Below, in pieces: positions 18,142-37,675 of a stretch of DNA of 64,000 nucleotides. The stretch is from the human T2T-CHM13v2.0 reference genome, Homo sapiens. Positions within the stretch are counted from its first letter, which is position 1. Each line of letters starts with the position of its first letter. Position numbers and translations under genes: made by a program. The stretch lies in NCBI RefSeq assembly GCF_009914755.1, contig NC_060938.1; one strand, given 5' to 3'. The notes under the pieces were generated by a model. That model did not search any database. It worked only from the letters and a program-made list of their open reading frames with translations, and was not told the DNA's origin.

Positions 18142-20277
18142 ATGCACCTAAAGCCATATTGGAAGCTCCAGAAGAAAGAGCACCCCCCGGAAGTCAGCAG
18201 GGAAACGCAGAGAACTCCTATGAACCACCAAAAGGCTGTAAATGATGAAACATGCAAAGCTAGCCACATAACATCAAGTGTCTTTCCTTCAGCCTCTCTC
18301 GGTAAAGCATCATCTCGAAAGCCATTTGGGATCCTTTCTCCAAATGTTCTGTGCAGTATGAGTGGGAAGAGTCCTGTAGAGAGCAGCTTGAATGTTAAAA
18401 CCAAAAAGAATGCACCATCTGCAACGATCCACCAGGGCGAAGAAGAAGGACCACTTGATATCTGGGCTGTTGTGAAACCTGGAAATACCAAGGAAAAAAT
18501 TGCATTCTTTGCATCCCACCAGTGTAGTAACAGGATAGGATCTATGAAAATAAAAAGTTCCTGGGATATTGATGGGAGAGCTACTAAGAGAAGGAAAAAA
18601 TCAGGGGATCTTAAAAAAGCCAAGGTACAGGTGGAAAGGATGAGGGAGGTTAACAGCAGGTGCTACCAACCTGAGCCTTTTGCATGTGGCATTGAGCACT
18701 GTTCTGTGCACTATGTGAGTGACAGTGGGGATGGAGTCTATGCTGGGAGGCCTCTGTCAGTTATACAGATGGTTGCCTTCTTGGAGCAAAGAGCCAGTGC
18801 TCTGCTAGCTAGCTGTTCAAAAAACTGCACAAACTCACCTGCAATTGTGAGGTTTTCTGGCCAATCCAGAGGTGTGCCTGCAGTGTCTGAGTCCTATTCT
18901 GCCCCAGGAGCTTGTGAAGAACCCACAGAAAGGGGAAATCTTGAGGTTGGTGAACCACAGAGCGAACCAGTCCGTGTCCTTGACATGGTAGCCAAGTTGG
19001 AGTCTGAGTGCCTGAAGCGGCAGGGCCAGCGTGAGCCTGGGAGCCTCTCAAGGAATAACAGCTTCCGTCGAAATGTGGGCAGAGTATTGCTTGCAAATAG
19101 CACTCAGGCTGATGAAGGCAAAACAAAGAAAGGCGTCTTGGAGGCACCTGACACTCAGGTGAATCCTGTGGGGTCTGTATCTGTGGATTGTGGCCCTTCA
19201 AGAGCTGATCGTTGTTCTCCTAAGGAGGACCAGGCCTGGGACGGTGCTTCTCAGGACTGCCCCCCATTGCCAGCAGGAGTGAGTTTCCACATAGACAGTG
19301 CAGAGTTAGAGCCGGGTTCGCAAACTGCCGTGAAAAACAGCAACAGATATGATGTGGAAATGACAGATGAACTCGTTGGGTTACCTTTTTCCTCTCATAC
19401 CTATTCCCAAGCCTCTGAATTGCCCACAGATGCTGTTGATTGTATGAGCAGAGAGCTTGTGTCCCTTACTAGCCGAAATCCTGATCAAAGAAAAGAATCT
19501 TTGTGCATTAGTATCACTGTGTCCAAGGTAGACAAAGACCAGCCTTCCATTTTAAACTCCTGTGAAGACCCAGTTCCAGGGATGTTGTTTTTTTTGCCAC
19601 CTGGTCAGCACTTGTCAGACTATTCCCAGTTGAATGAAAGCACAACAAAAGAGTCTTCAGAGGCCAGCCAGCTTGAAGATGCTGCTGGGGGTGACAGTGC
19701 ATCTGAGGAAAAAAGTGGGTCTGCTGAGCCATTTGTACTGCCAGCCTCTTCTGTGGAAAGTACATTACCAGTGCTTGAGGCATCCAGTTGGAAGAAGCAG
19801 GTGTCGCATGACTTCCTGGAGACCAGGTTTAAAATCCAGCAGCTTTTGGAGCCTCAGCAGTACATGGCTTTTCTGCCCCACCACATTATGGTAAAAATCT
19901 TCAGGTTACTTCCCACCAAGAGTTTAGTGGCCCTTAAATGTACCTGCTGCTATTTCAAGTTTATCATTGAGTACTACAATATCAGGCCAGCAGATTCTCG
20001 CTGGGTTCGAGATCCACGCTATAGAGAGGATCCTTGCAAACAGTGCAAGAAAAAGTATGTGAAAGGGGATGTGTCCCTGTGCCGATGGCACCCCAAGCCC
20101 TATTGCCAGGCATTGCCCTATGGGCCAGGGTATTGGATGTGCTGCCACCGGTCTCAGAAAGGATTCCCTGGCTGTAAGCTGGGGCTTCATGACAATCACT
20201 GGGTTCCTGCCTGCCACAGCTTTAATCGGGCAATCCATAAGAAAGCAAAAGGGACTGAAGCTGAAGAGGAATACTAA
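18142..20277 (+). CDS. FBXO34: F-box only protein 34; entire CDS in one exon
   Basis: 711-aa ORF starting MHLKPYWKLQKKEH. F-box (LPHHIMVKIFRLLPTKSLVALKCTC) from about aa 574, followed by a Cys/His-rich C-terminus. A polypyrimidine tract and AG acceptor (ttctttcctatag, AG at 18130-18131) lie 10 nt before the ATG. Confidence 0.97.
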   Translation: MHLKPYWKLQKKEHPPEVSRETQRTPMNHQKAVNDETCKASHITSSVFPSASLGKASSRKPFGILSPNVLCSMSGKSPVESSLNVKTKKNAPSATIHQGEEEGPLDIWAVVKPGNTKEKIAFFASHQCSNRIGSMKIKSSWDIDGRATKRRKKSGDLKKAKVQVERMREVNSRCYQPEPFACGIEHCSVHYVSDSGDGVYAGRPLSVIQMVAFLEQRASALLASCSKNCTNSPAIVRFSGQSRGVPAVSESYSAPGACEEPTERGNLEVGEPQSEPVRVLDMVAKLESECLKRQGQREPGSLSRNNSFRRNVGRVLLANSTQADEGKTKKGVLEAPDTQVNPVGSVSVDCGPSRADRCSPKEDQAWDGASQDCPPLPAGVSFHIDSAELEPGSQTAVKNSNRYDVEMTDELVGLPFSSHTYSQASELPTDAVDCMSRELVSLTSRNPDQRKESLCISITVSKVDKDQPSILNSCEDPVPGMLFFLPPGQHLSDYSQLNESTTKESSEASQLEDAAGGDSASEEKSGSAEPFVLPASSVESTLPVLEASSWKKQVSHDFLETRFKIQQLLEPQQYMAFLPHHIMVKIFRLLPTKSLVALKCTCCYFKFIIEYYNIRPADSRWVRDPRYREDPCKQCKKKYVKGDVSLCRWHPKPYCQALPYGPGYWMCCHRSQKGFPGCKLGLHDNHWVPACHSFNRAIHKKAKGTEAEEEY

Positions 20278-21360
20278 AGTCCATGTGAGAGGCAACAAAA
20301 GGACCGGTTTCTAAAGCTGCAAAACACCTAGATACACCGTTCAAATGAGCGTAGCCCCCTGAGTCATCACTCTAGAAGAATCTGTACATCATCAGGACTG
20401 CATTGCTCAGGCATTTTCTAAACTCTAAATTTACGAGCTGTACAAAAAAATTGGTCTTGTTGTTTATAGTGGCATCTCATGTTTGAACCCGGGTGGTATC
20501 CCACAGTTGGATTCAGTTGGCTGTGAATAACTGCCTGTTTTCCTAAATCAAACCCATCCTCAAAGGATGAAGACTCACCACCATCCAGGACATTCAGAAG
20601 AGTTCACTGCAGATGCTGCAGGTAGTCCTCAAAAATGGGTTCCAGAAATGTTTTGAGCACTGGCAACATATTTGAAATAAGTGAATATTGTCCTGTGAAA
20701 AGAATAGCAGGACTTTTAGATGAAAAGTATTCTTAAAAAGAAAAGTCAGGCACCCCACCTTAGACCTCGTATGCTTGATCCTGTGAGATTGATGTTTGTG
20801 GCTGGAGGTGGATTTCATGCCCTGTGGTGTTTACAGTGTATATAATGGTTGTGTTTTCATGGGGCTATGAAAGTGCACGTTAAACCTGAGCGCCTTTACC
20901 TTTAGATGAGTGCTTTGGCCCCTCTGTGAATAGCACGATTAAAATCCAGTTGTATATAATGGACAGCTAACGGAACAATATAATCACCACAATGCAGCTA
21001 GGATAGTGTTGCGGCTATAATTTTGTGTTTTTTTTTTTTAATTGTCTAGTCTTAAATTTGTACATCTTGTATAAAATATGAATGTTTCCCAAATAAACTA
21101 TGAATGTTTCCTGTATAATATATGAATGTTTCTGAGAAGAAACTCTAAATAGTTGAAAGGCTAACCTGCTCAAAGGATACCAAATAATGGTTTAACTGGA
21201 CAACCTGAAAATTAGCATAGAAAACAATCCTTTGTTATATTTTAGTGATCCACAAGATTGAGAAAATATTATATAGTTAGATAATAACATTCTTGTCTAC
21301 TTTATCCTGTCTGGTTACAAAATTTTTTAAAACTTAAATAAAAACATGCATCTTAAATGG
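20278..21360 (+). other. FBXO34: FBXO34 3'UTR (end approximate)
   Basis: Repeat-free AU-rich sequence after the TAA. AATAAA at 21092-21097 and 21337-21342, with U/GU-rich sequence downstream. Confidence 0.75.
21337..21342 (+). terminator. Distal poly(A) signal of FBXO34 (proximal candidate at 21092-21097)
   Basis: AATAAA followed by CA dinucleotides and U-rich tracts. Confidence 0.65.
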
Positions 21361-23189
21361 AACCCAAGTTTTGCAAAGATTTTTTCTCCTGTTTTGATAC
21401 AATGTTGAAGAAGGTTCTTGTGAATTGAATCATAAGAATTTTTTAAATTGTTTTGAATTGTTGGAGATAAAGTGTTTTTTTCTGCCACGGAAGAGGCCAT
21501 CTTCACTTAACATTGAAGTTTAAATTTTTGCAACCTGTCAGTTCTTCCGTTTGTTGTCTGTTCACAACCATTGTATTTCCTGTTCGAGTGACGTATTATC
21601 TAGGAGATTCTTACAGCTTATCTAGGCGTCATCATTTGGGAGTCACTAAGGATCTATTCAAGCCTGTAGCTGCTTAGTGCTTGGTGGGGTTGGGAGGTGT
21701 TGGACCCCAGAAAGCTGCTGTGGGTGGAAGATCTAAAAACTAGGCTGGCTTGAAATCGAGTACCCACCAAAAAGCCTTGAGACCAGTGTCGGCTGCAGGC
21801 TGTGGAGAAGGATGGTACGTGCTCTAGGGGAGGCGCTGTGCTGGGCTGATGTGCTTGGTGACATGGTAGGCTGCAGCCTCCAGGCTCATCAGATTTGTCT
21901 GTGACACGGGATCAAGAGGAGGCTGAGAATAGCTTTTCCTTCAAGAGTGTTTTTCCTTATGACTCACCCAGGTGAGGCATGTTGGAAAATGCTTCTAAAT
22001 CCTAGCTGTCCCCTTGGTTGAGGTTTCCAGTGTTTGTCCTACTCCCCTTGTATTTGCTGTAAACTGGCCATCTCAGTAGTGCCTTCTTAATTGGTTTGTT
22101 ATGATTCATAATTTAGGTTTAAAGGAGATCAACATAAAGGACCTAGAGTACAGCTTGCCTGTAGACGTCAGCTATGGCTGACATTGACTATGGCTCTACA
22201 CTGGCCCAGCCTGGACACTGGATAAACAACTCTCTTGGTTGGTTTTCACAGATCAGCCACTCTTGATCTGGTTTTCATGTGGGACACAAAGCTGTGACTG
22301 CGTGAGGGGTTAAAGTGACCAAGAGCAGAGGGCACAGTAAGTATGTCCCAGCCCCAGTTGGCATGCAGTACTTGGGTCCCTCAGAAATCGCCGGTTATCT
22401 GTTTTGAACTATGTGGCAGGACCTGGTTCCCGGTGCTGTCTGCATGAAAGGTGGAGGATTAGCAGGTGGCATCAGAGGACACCCCCTCCCAGGGCTTCAT
22501 TTCTAGGCAAGTGTAGCTTTCCTCTTAGGTGAAAGATGCTGTTCTTCAGGGCCCCCTAGTGCCAAGCTGGTGAAAACAGCAGGCTTTTAAAATGTCTCCA
22601 GTAGTGTGCCGCACTACCTGCTTTCCTGCATTGCTGTAGGATCACAGAATTCAAGAAAGGACATGATAGTGTGTCAGTGTGGGCACCAGCACCCTAGCCT
22701 CTCCCCACTGCACCCCTGCCCCCACCAAAAAAGAGAAAACCTCCCCCCTCAGCTTTTCTTCAGGGACTCAGTACACCTGGCTTAGTTTTTTTCTCTCCTA
22801 CCTCCTACTTCAAGCCCTTACTTGATCATCTGAAGCAAAAACCAGAACCAGGGAAACTAGAGGAGGAGTCAGGGAGCTGCTGCTCCTATTCCTGGAGTGG
22901 TTCACCTCTCCCCTGCCCAGTGGATGGTCCAGACCCAAGGAAGGAGTGAATTGAAAGCTAAGGAGGGGCTCAGGTAAGAGTAACATTTGCTTTTTTAGGC
23001 TCTCTTAAATGACTCCAGGTTAAAACAGACATACGAGAGGACTGTTCAAACCCTAAGCACGTTGGTGGCTCTGTGCTTAGGAGATACCTCTTTTGGAACC
23101 CAACCCTATGCCCCTGCTTGGCTGGGTGCCTTTCAGCGCCCTCTGCACATCTGCCACCACATGCCCCTCTTCTTGTCTGTCACCGTATC

Positions 23190-23466
23190 TTTGGCCCTCC
23201 CCATCTGTAGGTTCTGCATCGCAGATTCAACCAGCCTCAGATTTAAAATACTCAGAAAAAAACATTGTGTTTGTACTGAACATACACACTTTTTTTCTTG
23301 TCATTATTCCCTAAACAATACAAGCATAACAACTGTTTACATTAGGTATTATAAGCAATCTAGAGGTGATTTAAAGTAGATGGGAGGCTATGCATTGGTT
23401 ATATGCAAATACTAAGCCATTTTCCATCAGAGACTTGAGCATCTGCAGATACCGAGGGACCACTGT
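23190..23466. mobile_element. Tigger-derived MITE (MER2/Tigger3-like)
   Basis: ggccctc...gattcaacc...gacttgagcatctgcagataccgagggaccactg. Confidence 0.7.
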
Positions 23467-24172
23467 GGAGCTTGCCCACCCACTGCACTCAACTCAGAGG
23501 GCATCGCCCACAGTGCCTCACACAACACACTCTGTAAAATGTGTGCATTCCTCTCGAGTGACCATTTTAATGTGAGGAGTGCCTCCAGGACCTGACTGCT
23601 CTGGGCCATACCATAATTTTCTGTTTAGTATGAGAAACCTGACAGGGAGGTAAAGGGGTCTTGGAGGACCTTGTCCTCTGGCCATAGCTGGTCTCATGGG
23701 AGCATCCTTGGTGGAAACTCCCACTGCAGCTATGTGGGGTTTGCTCGGTACCTCTCATTGTGCATCTGGTATAACCTCAGTTCTGTTAGCACCAGTAGTA
23801 GCTCCCCTAGCAGCAGGCTCTGAGCCGGTGGTTATGTTATGACCTAGAGGTTCCCTTCCTGGGCTTTGTCCAATCACCGCTTCTAACTTGGACTTGTCAG
23901 TACCTTCGTGCCAACCTTTTTGGACCAGCTTGGGGCACTGTTTTTATGTGAGTGTTCCCAGGTATTTTCCATAGCTCCGTTCCTTCTTCACTCAGCAGAC
24001 TGGCTGTTTGTCCTCCTTTATCTACAGCCTGATACAAAAACATGAAATTAGCCTGCACACTGCGAGCCCTTCTTTTGTGTACACCACCGACTAAACCAAT
24101 GAGAGCTGATGTTATCTAGCTGTATGTCGGGTATGCCTCGTTTAAAGGCATTCTCTACTGTGCAGTGTCTGA

Positions 24173-30286
<6,114 letters not shown>

Positions 30287-30708
30287 TATAAAGGAAAAAA
30301 AGAATGTAAAATGTCTCAAAGGAGTAGCAGAACTCCCTTAAGCCAGTACCAGTGGCCCCTGAACCAGAAAACAGTTATTTCCTCCTGTGGATACTAGACT
30401 TAGTCCTCTTTATTTTGAATGCAACTGTGAAACTGCTGATCACAGAAGATACTCTCTGCTCCTATCGTTCTTTCATCAGCCTTGGGTTGGGAGGTCTTTC
30501 TATTCCATCTACCATCAAACCACTTGGCACTTTCATTCCCAAATTGAGAGCAACATACTTACACTCCAGAAATGTTGTCTTGACAATTTTTTTTTTTAAT
30601 TAGGGAAATAAGCTGCTGGAAAGGGTAGGAAAGTTCTTTCCTCAAAATCCGGGTGTCTTCTGAAGCCATACAGAAAATGCTAAAATACCACACCCAAAGG
30701 GAAGGTGA

Positions 30709-33115
<2,407 letters not shown>

Positions 33116-34154
33116 CTAAAAAAAATTCACTTCAACTATCTAAGCACTGGAAAATACTCTTTGCAGTGTATTTTCTTACCAAGTCGGCTGGTGGTGGTTT
33201 TCCTCATTGAATTTCAAGGCTGAGGTGCAGATGGCTTGCCCAAGAGTCCAGTTTCAAGTTTTCTGGTACATTTTATTGATGCAACTTTTAAATAATCTCC
33301 CCACTACCAATGACAAAGTTATCCTTAATTCCTCCCAATCTGTTTCCTGCATCAATCATGACATAACTCAGGATGGAGAAATCTCCCTTTAAACACCAGA
33401 TGGGAGCATGCTTTAAACTGCTGCCTGGAAAGACTGAAGGACAGTACCACCAAAGCACACACCCTGTTCGAGAACCCTTCCGTTTCCTTGCCTATTTCCT
33501 CCTGTTGCCTGCCAGCCTTCTGCTCCAGATAAAGGGGCAGTATGACCATGGCAATAGCTCCTGAGGGTATCCTGGCTGGCCTGGCTCTTCCACAGTAGTC
33601 ACTTTTGGTATCTTCTCCACCACCTGCAGGTGGTCCTTCTCTACAATAATCTAATCTGAAGGGTACCGCCGACTACCCACCTGGGAGAAATTAGTTATAA
33701 AAAATAAGGGTGTTGGGTTGGGGAGGGATTCTCCAAAGCTACTCAGGCATCTGAGTGGTTCCAACATTTCCCTTTTCCTCTTGTCCTGAAGAAAGTCTGG
33801 GCAGGTTCCACGTGGGCATCCTAGAGGCCTTCTGCCCCAGGGGTCTGTTGCACAAAACCAGGTCATTGTAGGTCACATGCATCAAATGATGGCTACCAAA
33901 GAAAAACACGTCTTTAGGGAAAGTATGCAACCAGCTTCTCAGCTTGGGAAAGATCATTGTTAATACCACCATAATCCATAATTTTAAAAAATATATTAAC
34001 ATTTTTTCTTACCTGGCAAAAAAATTCTACAAACTTCTTCTATAATTTGTATAAAGTACTCCAGGGTTCAATCTCATTCTTGCTACCCTCGATGCAGCAG
34101 TGCAAATGAACAGTTTGAAAAAGACATACACATGAGCAAAGTACTGTTAAAAGA

Positions 34155-34160
34155 TTTATT
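34155..34160 (-). terminator. ATG14 poly(A) signal
   Basis: tttatt on + equals AATAAA on -, with UGUA upstream and UG-rich sequence downstream. Other candidates lie at 34462-34467 and 35075-35080. Confidence 0.7.
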
Positions 34161-35211
34161 GCAGTAATACAATAAAAGTTTAGAAAACATTTGTATGACT
34201 CAAACTGGTTTGGAAGTTGCAGAGCAATGGGGAATTCCTGCAACATGATACTGTGAGGAGATTCTCGGACACTAGTCCTCTAACAGCATGCCACTGAATG
34301 CTCTTCCCCAAATTGAGTCCTTACATGAGTCCCGTCCACTCTACCCAATGGTGATATACTGTTTTTCCCCCTTACAGATGTGCAAAACTTTTCTTATATT
34401 CCATAACCAAAAAATGTCTTTAACAGACCATTTTAAGCAGCCTGTTTGGTGCCTGTGGGTTTTTATTAGTATTACTTTGTTTCAGTAAATCATTTTAAAA
34501 TGGAAAACATGACCAAGTTCTATGGCTTTTTGTTTAAACAAAATACCAGCTTCAATTTTTTAAAAAGCTGTTTACATATGGTTCTGGCACCTACATGAAA
34601 GATTTTAATGAGCAGCAAAAAGAGTAGAAAAAACAGTGGTTGAAATGTATACTTAAGAGTATTTACAGGGTGGATCCAGTGCAAAATAATGAAACCCAAA
34701 ATATTTCAGCAGTGTAAGCCAGTATGTTGGTGTTCAAAACCACAAAAGGGTTCGATCACTTAACCCTATGTAAAGTGCCTCTAGTTGATATTAACAACAA
34801 CAAACAAAATATATCCTATCCATAAAGTTCCCACATCTTTGTAAATTTTGTGGAAGTACTCTAGATGAGTTTGTGATCTCTGGATTCTATTCTTTAGCTT
34901 CATCTCTCATTCATGGTTTCATAAGAGGCTTAAGAAAACCATGACTGTTGTGCATCTCTCAGCTGAAGTCAGTCTCCACCACCAAGCTCCAAATCCCACT
35001 CTTACAACTCGTGAGACTAAGCTCTTACTTCTGAGGGTTTTAAGTAGCTAGACAACTCTTACAAGATCGTTAAGTTTATTTATCTGTTCAAGTCTACCAT
35101 CTTCACTCTCTACGAACTCCAGAACTGGATGGGAAAATGGAAGCCCAGCAATCAATCATGAAGCTGAGCACTTAAAACAGAGATCCCAGCAGTGTAGAAG
35201 AACCCATAAGG

Positions 35212-35528
<317 letters not shown>

Positions 35529-35976
35529 CTACTTCCTCCTTTCATGGAAAATTCATAGAGCCAAGGAATTTGTGACTACCGGATAGAAATAAACTCCGTT
35601 CTGCAACTCTACCCAAAACTATACAAAACACCAAATATACCATTAGCAAAAGCTATATAGCACCTCGGACTTGGAGGCAAAGTATCAACTACAATTATTA
35701 TGATGAGAAAAGAAGCTGGGGCATGGCAAACCTCTGAATGATTTATCAGAGGTGCTATCATGCCAATCACATAAGATATGGTAATAATGCCTGTTAGGAC
35801 TCTTTCATAGGATTTCTTTTGGTAGTTGTTACATAGGATTTTTTTGCAGTTATTAAAAATAAACTACTTACATATTTGTACATAATGCCTCTCTCATTAT
35901 AGTTTTCTTGTAAGATTGTCACTAAAAGAATGACAAGACACGTGAGCTGAAAATGATCTCCTGCTGAGGGAAATTC

Positions 35977-36269
<293 letters not shown>

Positions 36270-37368
36270 GGGAAATTCTTTCTTTATATTGTGCTTTCCC
36301 CAGAACAGAGCAGAGTAGCATCAGCCGTAAGGATCTGCGCTGCATTTCTGAGCAAAGCTGTGTCCTCAGAGCAACAAAGAGTTCGGGGAAACAAGTAGGA
36401 TGGTTTCCCCTGAAAACACCTGCCACCTACTCAATCCCATAGAAAGAAAGTGGACACCACAAGAATGACCAGAGGCCACTTAACTAAGTGGCTTTTCCCC
36501 TGTGCCCAGGCAGGCATTGAGCTTACATAAGGGAATGACCTTCATGACTTATTTTCACCCAGAAAATATAAGTTCAATTTCAAAATGCTCATAGTGTGGA
36601 TGGCAGGAATTCAACTAGGTAAGAATAAGCTTAATTCCCCTCAGAATACAAGAAAATAGTTAAAAACTCTCTAGACATTATTGCAGCCAGGATTTCTTCC
36701 ATTTATGGATGTGGGTCCTAAAGAAAAAGACTTTCATTTTCTTTGGTGTGTGGGGGAAAGAAAAACAGGAATGTCTGACAAACTACGACAGAGCAGCATG
36801 AATAAAATACGTGTAACTCACCCCTCCCAAACAAAATCAAAGGACCAAATTAGAAATTTTAAATTGCCTGCTGGTTCTCATACAAAAAACAATGGCAGAA
36901 AAACTCTTATTAAAGAGCTTTTATCTTTCATGTCCTAATAATCAAGAATCACCTCTTGTGATTCAACCAACCTCTAAAACTTAAAGTGTCAGGAACAGTC
37001 TCAGCACCGCAAGGACCAGCACACTGACCCATATCTGTGGGCCCGGTGGCCCGGGCCCAGAGGGAACCCAAATCAACTGCTTCCTTGGCAGAACTGGCCA
37101 CACGCACAGGTCCTCCTTCCACCAGCACTGGTCTGGGTAGAAAGACCTTCGACCCCTGTTCTCTTAATTATCATAAGCATGTTGGTCACCATCACAGGCC
37201 ACTTGGCAAATAGAAATGTTTGTCTCCCTGCTTAAAAAGACAAAACAAAACAACACTTTAACCTCTTTGTTCCAGACACTATCTTAACTTAAACAGAAAA
37301 TGTTTACTAGAGTGTAGTGGGAGAAGAACTTTCTTGATGCAGATTTGGTATGTTTTGGTCCATGCTCG

Positions 37369-37675
37369 TTAACGGTGTCCAGTGTAAGCTTTAAACCAGG
37401 AGGTCACCGAGGCTGCTGCAGAGGAGATCATCCCACCTGCACTGCTGCTCGCGATGGGTGGGGACGCCTGGGTGCTCTGACTCTGGGAGACTTCCACAGA
37501 CTGGGAAGGGATATCACAAAACCGGGGACTAGGCAAGTTCTCCCAGTCTGTGCCCAGGTCGGTTTCTTCATCGCTGACGCGCTCATCTCCGCTCTCATCT
37601 GATTCTCCAGCAACTCCGGGATCCACAAATTCCATGGACTCCTCAAGGTCTGCTCGTACTTCAAAGGGCCCTGAC
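37369..37675 (-). CDS. ATG14: ATG14 last exon, coding part (307 bp): LIR motif WENL and BATS domain with C-terminal amphipathic helix
   Basis: cacacag|GTCAGG; translates SGPFEVRAD...DWENLPSP...[22 protein letters not shown]; TAA at 37371-37369. Confidence 0.96.

Noticed and set aside
18718-18741. SDSGDGVY as a beta-TrCP degron
   Set aside because: Lacks the second Ser/Thr of DSGxxS
18126-20314. Antisense and alternate-frame ORFs overlapping FBXO34 (165, 130 and 124 aa, among others)
   Set aside because: Expected shadows of a long coding exon; no recognisable motifs
21077-21132. CRISPR-like repeat-spacer appearance
   Set aside because: 12-bp repeats with 10-bp spacers in a mammalian 3'UTR and no cas genes; treated as a miRNA site array instead
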